Origin: Rhodospirillales bacterium
GTDB taxonomy: Bacteria > Pseudomonadota > Alphaproteobacteria > Rhodospirillales > Magnetospirillaceae
Assembly: GCA_014380005.1 (NCBI GenBank)
Contig: JACMKT010000189.1
Coordinates: forward strand, 18,523-82,522
Direction: 5' to 3'
Length of the DNA: 64,000 bases
Shown here: in pieces, positions 55,779-64,000 of the stretch
How the letters are laid out: each line of letters starts with the position of its first letter
Numbering within the stretch: position 1 is the stretch's first letter
Translations under genes and position numbers: made by a program
Notes under the pieces: model-generated
The model's input: the letters and a program-made list of their open reading frames with translations, nothing else
The model's database searches: none
What the model was told of the DNA's origin: nothing

Positions 55779-56444
55779 ATGGATTTCGCAGGCTTGTCGC
55801 CGGACCTGCCGGCGTTCCTGGGCCAACTGGCCGCCAATAACGAACGCGTCTGGTTCGCTGATCACAAGGCCGAGTACGAGGCCTCGGTCCAATGGCCGTT
55901 GCGTCATCTGGTGACGGCCTTGGCGCCGGCCATGCTGTTGATTGATCCCGGCTTCGACACCAATCCCAAGGGCGCCGCCGTCTCGCGTATCCATCGTGAC
56001 ACCCGCTTTTCCCGCGACAAATCGCCCTACAAGATCAATCAGTGGATCTGCTTCAAGCGGGCGGGTGAAGGCTGGCAGGGCCGACCGGCCTTTTTCCTGG
56101 AGATCGGCCCCAGTGGCTATCGCTACGGCATGGGCTATTACGCCGCCTCGCCGGCCACCATGAAAACCATCCGTCAGCGCATCCTTGCCCTGCACGAACC
56201 CTTCGCCGCCGCCATGATTGAAGCCGTCAAGGCCGGCTTCCAAGTGGAAGGCGAAGCCTATAGCCGCCCCAATCTGCCTGCTGGCCTGCCGGAAATCGTG
56301 CAGGATTGGGTGCGCCGCAAATCCGCCTATGCGGTGCGCAACCGCCCGCTGGAACCCGCCCTGTTCGGCCCTGGGCTGGTGGAAAAATTAGCGGCGCAAT
56401 GGCGGGGCATCGCGCCGCTTTACCGGTATCTGGACGCCCTCTGA
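55779..56444 (+). CDS. DUF2461-family protein
   Basis: FL..LAANN.R.WF..HK..Y, RIHRDTRFSRDKSPYK. Confidence 0.85.
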   Translation: MDFAGLSPDLPAFLGQLAANNERVWFADHKAEYEASVQWPLRHLVTALAPAMLLIDPGFDTNPKGAAVSRIHRDTRFSRDKSPYKINQWICFKRAGEGWQGRPAFFLEIGPSGYRYGMGYYAASPATMKTIRQRILALHEPFAAAMIEAVKAGFQVEGEAYSRPNLPAGLPEIVQDWVRRKSAYAVRNRPLEPALFGPGLVEKLAAQWRGIAPLYRYLDAL

Positions 56445-57500
56445 TCACGTGGTGCGGAAGAAGCTCAGGAACGCGTGGGTGGTCTCATTAGGGGCTTCCT
56501 CGGCCAGATAATGGCCACAGGGAATGGTGCCGCCGCGCACATCCACCGCTTTGTCGCGCCAAGTTTGCAACACGTCGTAGGTTTTGCCGACGACGCCCTT
56601 GTCGCCCCAAATGGCCATCAGCGGCGCCTGAATGCGCTTGTGGGCGTCTTCAGCATCGTGAACCAAGTCGATGGTGGCGGCAGCCCGGTAATCTTCCATC
56701 ACCGCATGAACCATCTCGTGGGTATAGCAGCGGCGGTATTCCGCCATGGCCTCGGGCGTGATGGCGCCGGGAGTCTTGTTCTGCTTGGTCAGGTGGGTCT
56801 GGAGATAGAATTCCAAATTGTTGCCGATCAGGGTCTCGGGCAGGGGCGAGGGCTGAATGTTGAAGAACCACCAAAAATACTTGGTGGCGAATTCCTTGTC
56901 GGCCTTGGCGTACATGGTCGCCGTGGGGGCGATGTCCATCATGGCGACCCGTTCCACCGCTTCGGGATAGTCCAGCGCCATGCGGTGCAGCACGCGCCCG
57001 CCGCGATCATGGCCGGCTGCCTGGAATTTCTCGAAGCCCAAGCTGCGCATCACCTCGACTTGATCCTTCGCCATCTGGCGCTTGGAATAGTTCAGGTGCT
57101 TTTCGTCGCCTACCGGCTTGCTGGAATCGCCATAGCCACGCAAATCGGGCAGAACCAGGGTGTAATGCTGGGCCAGCGCAGCCGCGATTTTGTGAAAGCA
57201 CACGGCGGATTGCGGGTGACCATGCATCAACAGCAAAGGCGGGCCGTTACCGCCCACCAGGGTGTTGATGCTTTGGCCGTTGGCCTGGATCACGCGCTGC
57301 TTGAAGCCCGGAAACAGCTTGTCGACTGCCGAGGCCGTCGGTGCAGCCTTCGGTTCCTCACACGATGCCGCCCCGGCTGAACGGCCACCGCCCAATGCCA
57401 GGGCTGCCAATGCCCCGCCCATGCCGAGCAAACCGCGCCGACCCATGGACAGGGAGCCGTCTTCAATCTGCTGTATGTCTTCACTGCGCTCGATCGTCAT
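56445..57500 (-). CDS. Haloacetate-dehalogenase-like alpha/beta hydrolase with a Tat signal
   Basis: GRRGLL signal; HGHPQ, DLRGYG, YSKR, GHDRGGRV, EDYRA, GHYLAEE. Confidence 0.85.
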   Translation of the reverse strand: MTIERSEDIQQIEDGSLSMGRRGLLGMGGALAALALGGGRSAGAASCEEPKAAPTASAVDKLFPGFKQRVIQANGQSINTLVGGNGPPLLLMHGHPQSAVCFHKIAAALAQHYTLVLPDLRGYGDSSKPVGDEKHLNYSKRQMAKDQVEVMRSLGFEKFQAAGHDRGGRVLHRMALDYPEAVERVAMMDIAPTATMYAKADKEFATKYFWWFFNIQPSPLPETLIGNNLEFYLQTHLTKQNKTPGAITPEAMAEYRRCYTHEMVHAVMEDYRAAATIDLVHDAEDAHKRIQAPLMAIWGDKGVVGKTYDVLQTWRDKAVDVRGGTIPCGHYLAEEAPNETTHAFLSFFRTT

Positions 57501-57610
57501 CGCAATATGCTTCCGTAGGGTGATTGATACCCATTGGTAGCAAAGCATCCGACTAATGGCGAGCATTGCTCGTGCGATTAGACACAGGGAAGTCTTTTGG
57601 GATATGTGGG

Positions 57611-58465
57611 CTATTCCAATGGCTTGCCCAGGCGTCCGGCCAAATCCTGAATGAACTGCCACGCCACTCGGCCCGAGCGCGAGCCGCGTGTCATGGACCA
57701 TTCATTGGCCTCGCGGTGCAGGCTTTCCGTGTCCATGCCCAAATTGAAGCGTGCCGCATAGCTTTCGACGATGTCGAAGAAGGTGTCCTGGGCCACGTGG
57801 TGGAAGCCCAGCCACAGGCCGAAGCGATCGGACAGCGAAACCTTTTCTTCCACCGCTTCGTGCGGGTTGATGGCGCTGGACCGTTCGTTGTCGATCATGT
57901 CGCGCGACAACAGGTGGCGGCGGTTGGAGGTGGCGTAGAACACCACATTGTCGGGCCTGCCCTCGATGCCGCCTTCCAGCACCGCTTTCAGGGATTTATA
58001 GGCCTCATCCTGGCCCTCGAAGGACAAATCGTCGCAGAACAACAGGCAACGGCGCTCCGAATTCTTCAATACGCGCAGCAGCCGGGGCAGGGACGGGATG
58101 TCCTCGCGGTGGATTTCCACCAAAGTGACGCAGCCGGGGTGTTCGGCGTTCAGCGCCGCATGCACCGCCTTGACCAGCGAACTTTTGCCGGTGCCGCGCG
58201 CACCCCATAGCAGGGCGTTGTTGGCGGGCAGGCCGGCGGCAAAGCGCCTTGTGTTGTCCAGCAGCAGGCCGCGCTGGCGCTCGATGCCCTTCAGCAGCTC
58301 GATATCCACCCGGTTGACGTCGGTCACCGGCTCCAGACCGTCGGGGTCGGCGTGCCAGACGAAGGCATCGGCGGCGGTCAGATCGGCGCTGGCCAAGGGC
58401 GGCGGCGCCAGCCGTTCCAGGGCGTCGGCGATGCGCGAAAGCAGGCGAAGGGCTTCGGGTTCCAT
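57611..58465 (-). CDS. DUF815-family AAA+ ATP-binding protein
   Basis: NNALLWGARGTGKSS, FCDDLSF, YATSNRRHL, SLSDRFGL, RSGR. Confidence 0.9.
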   Translation of the reverse strand: MEPEALRLLSRIADALERLAPPPLASADLTAADAFVWHADPDGLEPVTDVNRVDIELLKGIERQRGLLLDNTRRFAAGLPANNALLWGARGTGKSSLVKAVHAALNAEHPGCVTLVEIHREDIPSLPRLLRVLKNSERRCLLFCDDLSFEGQDEAYKSLKAVLEGGIEGRPDNVVFYATSNRRHLLSRDMIDNERSSAINPHEAVEEKVSLSDRFGLWLGFHHVAQDTFFDIVESYAARFNLGMDTESLHREANEWSMTRGSRSGRVAWQFIQDLAGRLGKPLE

Positions 58466-58621
58466 GGCAATCCGCTGGCTGTAAGGACCATGCGAGGGTA
58501 GGGGGATGAACGTTTCCCTGCAAGTCCGGCGGGGCTCACCGGGAGTTAAGGTTTGCATCGCCCGGATGTGCGGCTATATTCCGCACACTTTCCGAACGCT
58601 ATCCATACCAAGGAGACCTCC

Positions 58622-58978
58622 ATGCTCGTGTCACCCGCTTTCGCTCAGGCCGCCGGATCAGCCGGTGGCATTGCCGGGGGGATCGAGAGTTTCCTGCCGC
58701 TCGTCCTGATCTTCGTGGTGTTCTACTTCCTGATGATCCGCCCTCAGCAGAAGAAGATGAAGGCCCATAAGGAAATGATGGGCCAGCTGCGCCGCGGCGA
58801 CCGCGTCCTGACCTCGGGCGGCATCATCGGCACCATCAACAAGGTGGTGGACGAGAAGGAAGTTGTCGTGGAGATCGCCGAGGGCGTGCGCGTGCGCGTG
58901 CTGCGTGGCACCATCCAGGACATCATTTCCAAGACCGAGCCGGTTGCCGGCGAAGTTGAAAAGCCGGCCGACAAGTAA
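58622..58978 (+). CDS. yajC: Preprotein translocase subunit YajC
   Basis: FYFLMIRPQQK, GDRVLTSGG; SD aggag. Confidence 0.95.
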   Translation: MLVSPAFAQAAGSAGGIAGGIESFLPLVLIFVVFYFLMIRPQQKKMKAHKEMMGQLRRGDRVLTSGGIIGTINKVVDEKEVVVEIAEGVRVRVLRGTIQDIISKTEPVAGEVEKPADK

Positions 58979-59013
58979 GTCGGTCATTCGATTACCCTGA
59001 CGACGGGACGGAC

Positions 59014-60582
59014 ATGCTCCATTTCCCTAAGTGGAAGATCATCCTGGTGGCGCTGGTCAGTTTGGCCGGCTTCATCTGGTCGGCGCCTAACCTGCTGCCG
59101 CAAGAAACCGCCGACCGCATGCCCACATGGCTGCAGCCGGTCAGCCTCGGCCTGGACCTGCAAGGCGGTTCCTACCTTCTGCTGGAAGTGGACACCGGCT
59201 ACGTCGTCAGGGAACATCTGAATTCGCTGGTGGAGTCCATTCGGACGACGCTGCGCAAGGAAAAGGTCAAATACGCCGATCTGGGCTTGCTGGGCCGGGA
59301 TGCGGTCAAGGTGCGCGTCCTCGACGCCCCCGACCGCGAGCGTATCCGCACCGAACTGCGCCGCTTGGACCCCGAAGCCACCTTCGAGTTGAGCGAAGAC
59401 GGCATGGCCACCTATCGCTACACCGATCTGGCGCTGAAGACCCGCATCAGTGCCGCGGTGGAGCAATCCATTGAAATCGTCCGCCGCCGCGTGGACGAGA
59501 TGGGCACCCGCGAGCCCTCCATCCAACGCCAGGGCGCCGACCGCATCGTGGTCCAGTTGCCCGGCGTCAAGGACCCCGACCGCATCAAGGCGCTGCTGGG
59601 CAAGACCGCCAAGCTGACCTTCCACATGGTCGATGACAGCACCACGGCGGAAGAGGCCCAGCGCGGTCGTCTGCCGCCCGGTTCCATGCTGATGCCGTCC
59701 ATGGAAAATGAGCGCGGCATGCCCGGCGCCTATGTGGTCAAGAAGCGCGTGGAAGTGGGCGGCGATATGCTGACCGACGCCCAGGCCACCTTCCAAGATG
59801 GCCGCCCGGTGGTGTCGTTCAAATTCTCCGCCGCCGGTGGCAAGCGCTTCGGCGATGCCACCAAGGAAAACGTGGGCAAGCAATTGGCCATCGTTTTGGA
59901 CGACAAGGTTATCTCGGCCCCGCGCGTGAACGAGCCCATTTTGGGCGGTTCAGGCATCATCTCGGGCGGGTTCACGGTGGTTCAGGCCAAGGATCTGTCC
60001 TTGCTGCTGCGCGCCGGTGCCCTGCCTGCGCCCCTGAACGTGCTGGAGGAACGCACCGTCGGTCCCGATCTGGGTGCCGATTCCATCCGCGCCGGTGCGG
60101 TCGCTTCCGCCTTGGGCCTGATCCTGGTGGTGATCTTCATGGTCATCATTTACGGCACGCTGGGCGCGCTGGCGAATGTGGCCCTGGTGCTCAACATCGT
60201 CTTCCTGATGGCGTTGCTGTCCGTCTTGGGGGCCACCCTGACCCTGCCCGGCATCGCCGGCATCGTGCTGACCATGGGTATGGCGGTGGACGCCAATGTG
60301 CTGATCTACGAGCGCATGCGTGAAGAAAGCCGTGCCGGTCGCCCGCTGCTATCGGCGGTTCGGGCCGGTTTCGACCGTGCCTTCGCCACCATCTTGGATG
60401 CGAACCTGACCCATCTGATCGCGGCGCTGCTGCTGTATGCCTTCGGCACCGGCCCCATTAAGGGCTTCGCCGTCACCTTGGGTATCGGCATCGCGACCTC
60501 TCTGTTCACCGCAACCATGATCACCCGTTTGATGGTCGAGATCTGGATTGCTTGGCGCCGCCCCAAGGCGCTTCCGCTGTAA
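59014..60582 (+). CDS. secD: Protein translocase subunit SecD
   Basis: LGLDLQGG, LRAGALP, TVGPDLG, TLPGIAG, AVDANV. Confidence 0.96.
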   Translation: MLHFPKWKIILVALVSLAGFIWSAPNLLPQETADRMPTWLQPVSLGLDLQGGSYLLLEVDTGYVVREHLNSLVESIRTTLRKEKVKYADLGLLGRDAVKVRVLDAPDRERIRTELRRLDPEATFELSEDGMATYRYTDLALKTRISAAVEQSIEIVRRRVDEMGTREPSIQRQGADRIVVQLPGVKDPDRIKALLGKTAKLTFHMVDDSTTAEEAQRGRLPPGSMLMPSMENERGMPGAYVVKKRVEVGGDMLTDAQATFQDGRPVVSFKFSAAGGKRFGDATKENVGKQLAIVLDDKVISAPRVNEPILGGSGIISGGFTVVQAKDLSLLLRAGALPAPLNVLEERTVGPDLGADSIRAGAVASALGLILVVIFMVIIYGTLGALANVALVLNIVFLMALLSVLGATLTLPGIAGIVLTMGMAVDANVLIYERMREESRAGRPLLSAVRAGFDRAFATILDANLTHLIAALLLYAFGTGPIKGFAVTLGIGIATSLFTATMITRLMVEIWIAWRRPKALPL

Positions 60583-60594
60583 GGACATCCCGCG

Positions 60595-61539
60595 ATGAAT
60601 TTTTATTCCCGCTGGGTCGCGCAGAAGACCCCGAATTACGACTTCATCCGGCTTCGCTACATTGCCTTTGCGGTGACGGCGGTCCTGGTGTTGGGCTCTG
60701 TGGCGTCCATTGCCATCAAGGGGTTCAATTACGGCATCGATTTCGCCGGCGGCATTCTGGTCGAGGTCCATACGGTCGAGAAGGCTGATTTGGGCAAGAT
60801 GCGCCTGACCGTGGACCATCTGGCCTTGGGTGAGGTCGCGTTGCAGGAATTTGGCACCTCCGGCATGGATGTGATGATCCGCGTCCAGCGTCAAACCGGT
60901 GACGAGCGGGCGCAGATGGAAGCGCTAAGCAAGATCAAGACCGCGCTGGGGCCGGGCTATGATTACCGCCGCGTGGAAATCGTCGGCCCCAAGGTGGGCG
61001 AGGAATTGAAGCTGGACGGCGCCCTGGCCGTTGCCTTGGCCGTGCTCGCCATCGCCGCCTATGTGTGGTTCCGCTTCGAATGGCAATTCGGCGTCGGTGC
61101 ATTGGTCGCCATTTTCCATGACGTCATCACCACCTTCGGCCTGTATTCCCTCACCGGGATGGAGTTCAACCTGACGGCGGTGGCGGCAATCCTGACCATC
61201 GCCGGTTATTCCATCAATGACACCGTGGTGATGTACGACCGCGTTCGTGAGAATTTGCGCAAGTACAAGAGCATGTCGTTGTACGACCTGCTGAACCTGT
61301 CGGTGAACCAGACCCTGGCCCGTACCATCCTGACCGTGGCGACCGTGTTCATCACGGTGGTGTCGCTGCTGACGGTGGGCGGCGAGGTGTTGCGCACCTT
61401 CTCCATCGCCATGCTGTGGGGCTTGGCCGTCGGTACTTTCTCGTCGGTCTATGTGGGCATGCCCATCCTGATCTACTTCAACTTGCGTACCGGCAAGGAA
61501 AAGGAAGAAGACGAACGCGCCCACCCGGCGGTTTCCTAA
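60595..61539 (+). CDS. secF: Protein translocase subunit SecF
   Basis: GIDFAGG, VGPKVG, RFEW, HD, GYSINDTVVMYDRVRE. Confidence 0.96.
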   Translation: MNFYSRWVAQKTPNYDFIRLRYIAFAVTAVLVLGSVASIAIKGFNYGIDFAGGILVEVHTVEKADLGKMRLTVDHLALGEVALQEFGTSGMDVMIRVQRQTGDERAQMEALSKIKTALGPGYDYRRVEIVGPKVGEELKLDGALAVALAVLAIAAYVWFRFEWQFGVGALVAIFHDVITTFGLYSLTGMEFNLTAVAAILTIAGYSINDTVVMYDRVRENLRKYKSMSLYDLLNLSVNQTLARTILTVATVFITVVSLLTVGGEVLRTFSIAMLWGLAVGTFSSVYVGMPILIYFNLRTGKEKEEDERAHPAVS

Positions 61540-61584
61540 CGTTCACGCCTTGGAGGGGGGCTGCGGCCCCCCATATGGTTGGCC

Positions 61585-61959
61585 ATGGATGTCACCCCAA
61601 TCGTCTCAGCCGATAGCCAATTGATCGTTGGCTATGGTGATCTTGGTTTCACCATCTCGGGCGTTCGCCACGAGGGTTCGGTGCTGGTGTTTCCCACCCG
61701 GACATTGTCGTGGCCGGTGACCGCCATGGCGGATTTGACCATCGCCAGTCTGGAACCCCTGTTGACCGCGGAAAAGCGCCCCAGCGTGCTGATGCTGGGC
61801 TGCGGCAAGGGCATGAGCGTGGTGCCGCGCGAAATCCGCGCAGCCCTTAAAGCCGCCGGCATCGTCATTGAACCCATGGATACTGGCGCCGCCTGCCGGA
61901 CCTATAACGTGCTGCTGACCGAAGGCCGCGATGTGGCAGCGGCGTTGATCGCGGTTTAG
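61585..61959 (+). CDS. Mth938-like (DUF498/NDUFAF3) protein
   Basis: MDTGAACRTYNVLLTEGRDVAAAL. Confidence 0.9.
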   Translation: MDVTPIVSADSQLIVGYGDLGFTISGVRHEGSVLVFPTRTLSWPVTAMADLTIASLEPLLTAEKRPSVLMLGCGKGMSVVPREIRAALKAAGIVIEPMDTGAACRTYNVLLTEGRDVAAALIAV

Positions 61960-61965
61960 GGATTG

Positions 61966-62083
61966 CGGGGCTGCTGCCCCGGCCCCGCTCGGAGGCGAGC
62001 CTCCGAATCTCCCTTTTATTTATTTCAATAGAATCAAATGGGGACCGGGGCATCGCCCCGGATGGGTTCGGGCAATAGCCCGA
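61966..62083. repeat. Intergenic multi-hairpin palindromic element (REP/MITE-like)
   Basis: Four GC hairpins (61967-61980, 61989-62006, 62045-62061, 62068-62083) flank an AT-rich core; imperfect terminal inverted repeats. Confidence 0.5.
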
Positions 62084-62139
62084 CAAGTGCGGCGCGTGTA
62101 TGATCGCTCCCGCGAATTAGGATTGCCGGGAGTATCCAG

Positions 62140-63231
62140 ATGGAGCGTCGTTCCTTCCTCAAGGCCGCCACTGTTGGCGCCGCCGCTACCACTCTGGCCA
62201 CGCCGGCTTTGGCCGATGGCTTACCCGAAATCCGCTGGCGCATGGCGTCCAGCTTCCCCAAAAGCCTGGATACCTTGTTCGGCGCTGGCGAACTGATCGC
62301 GCGCCGGGTTTCTGAGCTGACCGGCGGCAAGTTCCAAATCCGCGTCTTCGCCGGCGGCGAAATCGTCCCTGGCTTGCAGGTGTTTGACGCGGTCCAGGCC
62401 GGTACGGTCGAATGCGGCCACTCCGTCAGTTATTACTATGTGGGCAAGGACCCGACCTTCGCCTTCGAGACCCAATTGCCTTTTGGCCTCAATGGCCGCC
62501 AGAACAATGCTTGGCTCTATCACGGCGGCGGCATGGAATTGGTGCGGGAGTTCCTTGCCGGATATGGCGTGATCAATTTCCCCGCCGGCAATACCGGCAC
62601 CCAGATGGGCGGTTGGTTCCGTAAGGAAATCAAGGGGCTAAGCGACCTTCAGGGTCTGAAGATGCGCATCGCCGGCATTGCCGGCCGTGTGCTCCAGCCC
62701 TTGGGTGTGGTTCCCCAGCAATTGGCCGGCGGCGATATCTATCCGGCCCTGGAAAAGGGCACCATCGACGCCGCCGAATGGGTAGGCCCCTATGATGACG
62801 AGAAGCTCGCCTTCTACCGGGTGGCGAAATACTACTACTACCCCGGCTTCTGGGAGGGCGGCTCCACGGTGTCGGCCTATGTGAACCAGGAGCAATGGGC
62901 CAAGCTGCCCAAGGCCTATCAAGTGGCGTTCGAAGTGGCCTGTGCCGAGGCCAATCTGGACATGCAGGCGAAATACGATGTTCAGAACATCCTGGGCCTG
63001 AAGAAGCTGATCGCCAATGGCGTCCAGTTGCGGCCCTACCCCAAGGACGTCATGGTCGCGGCGCAAAAGTCGGCCTTCGATCTCTACGACACCATTGCCG
63101 CCGAGAATCCCAAATTCCGCAAGCTCTACGAGCCCTGGAACCGCTTCCGCCAGGATGTGCAGCTGTGGTGGAAGGTGGCCGAATTCGGCTATGACCAGTT
63201 CGTCCTGACCAACCCGGTCGGGAAGAAGTAG
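62140..63231 (+). CDS. TRAP transporter solute-binding protein (DctP/TakP-like, Tat-exported)
   Basis: MERRSFLK signal, WRMASSFPKSL, NTGTQMGGWF, KMRI, EWVGPYDD, YYPGFWE. Confidence 0.92.
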   Translation: MERRSFLKAATVGAAATTLATPALADGLPEIRWRMASSFPKSLDTLFGAGELIARRVSELTGGKFQIRVFAGGEIVPGLQVFDAVQAGTVECGHSVSYYYVGKDPTFAFETQLPFGLNGRQNNAWLYHGGGMELVREFLAGYGVINFPAGNTGTQMGGWFRKEIKGLSDLQGLKMRIAGIAGRVLQPLGVVPQQLAGGDIYPALEKGTIDAAEWVGPYDDEKLAFYRVAKYYYYPGFWEGGSTVSAYVNQEQWAKLPKAYQVAFEVACAEANLDMQAKYDVQNILGLKKLIANGVQLRPYPKDVMVAAQKSAFDLYDTIAAENPKFRKLYEPWNRFRQDVQLWWKVAEFGYDQFVLTNPVGKK

Positions 63232-63232
63232 T

Positions 63233-63262
63233 AAAAAGCCCCGGAGTGATCCGGGGCTTTTT
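63233..63262. terminator. Bidirectional Rho-independent terminator
   Basis: aaaaagccccgga-gtga-tccggggcttttt. Confidence 0.9.
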
Positions 63263-63264
63263 CG

Positions 63265-64000
63265 TTAGCGGCTTTCAGGTTCCGCCGATGGTGGCGGTGG
63301 TTCCTCGTCGTCATAGGTGGGCAGTTCGATGTTCATTTGGATGTTGTTCAAATCCTGCACCTTGGTCCCTTGCTCGCCCACAAGGCCGGGGAAGGTGATG
63401 ACCAGGACGACCATGATGATCTGGATGCAGACGAAGGGCACGGCGCCCCAATAGATTTCGCCGGTGGTGACGCCCTTGATGCGCTTGTTGGTCACCTTGT
63501 CGGTGTAATCGTCCTTGGCGGCGACGCTGCGCAGGTAGAACAGGGCGAAACCGAAGGGCGGGTGCATGAACGAGGTCTGCATGTTCACGCCCAGCAGCAC
63601 GCCGAACCAGATCAGATCGATGCCCAGTTTCTCGGCCACCGGCCCCAGCAGGGGGACGATGATGAAGGCCAGCTCGAAGAAATCGAGGAAGAAGGCCAGC
63701 ACGAAGACCAGGATGTTGACGACGATCAGGAAGCCCAATTGACCGCCGGGAAGGCCGGTCAGCAGATGCTCGACCCACAGATCGCCGTTCACCGCGCGGA
63801 ACACCAAGCCGAAGACGGTGGAGCCGATCAGGATGAACATCACGAAGGATGACAGCTTGGCCGTGGTGTTCATGGCCTGCTTCATCAAATCGATGGTCAA
63901 TTTGCGCTTGGCCATGGCCAGGATCAGTGCGCCGGTGGCCCCCATGGCGCCGCCCTCGGTGGGGGTGGCGATGCCCATGAAGATGGTGCCCAGCACCAGG
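63265..64000 (-). CDS. TRAP transporter large permease DctM (3' part; begins beyond the window)
   Basis: GIATPTEGGAMG, FFLDFFE, NMQTSFMHPPFGFALFYLR. Confidence 0.92.
   Translation of the reverse strand, partial: LVLGTIFMGIATPTEGGAMGATGALILAMAKRKLTIDLMKQAMNTTAKLSSFVMFILIGSTVFGLVFRAVNGDLWVEHLLTGLPGGQLGFLIVVNILVFVLAFFLDFFELAFIIVPLLGPVAEKLGIDLIWFGVLLGVNMQTSFMHPPFGFALFYLRSVAAKDDYTDKVTNKRIKGVTTGEIYWGAVPFVCIQIIMVVLVITFPGLVGEQGTKVQDLNNIQMNIELPTYDDEEPPPPSAEPESR

Noticed and set aside
1-64000. tRNA, rRNA, tmRNA, CRISPR arrays, transposases, defence systems
   Set aside because: None recognised by eye in intergenic regions or ORFs; tRNAscan-SE, Infernal and DefenseFinder would be needed to exclude them formally.

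Overview
GC-rich chromosomal window from an alphaproteobacterium. Gene content and order suggest Rhodospirillales, Magnetospirillum-like; this is an inference, not a database result. I saw no rRNA, tRNA, CRISPR array, transposase or prophage. The right half (about 33-62 kb) is largely core synteny: smpB-dapA/slt, ilvD, fpr, xthA, erpA, dgt-argS-SPOR-nagZ-S2P-scpAB-tatABC-serS-surE-pcm-nlpD, DUF815 ATPase, yajC-secD-secF-Mth938 and a TRAP transporter. The left half is more accessory. It holds a thiS-thiG fusion, an ornithine decarboxylase with a long structured leader, an orphan sigma54-driven flgE, a dsbA/M48 protease pair, a GGT-like lipoprotein and aminotransferase, two PAS-GGDEF-EAL proteins around an orphan motAB, a Pat/pta/ackA acetate module, a deleted lysine-dehydrogenase remnant and an AT-rich islet. 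The best candidate for an undescribed system is an unannotated 41-codon leader ORF (1352-1477) in an attenuator-like RNA with mutually exclusive helices and an SD-sequestering stem, upstream of the ornithine decarboxylase. The second is an apparently catalytically dead GGT-fold lipoprotein whose start overlaps head-to-head with the M48 protease-DsbA operon. Product calls come from motif recognition in the translated ORFs; no searches were run, and several start codons were re-assigned by eye from SD position.
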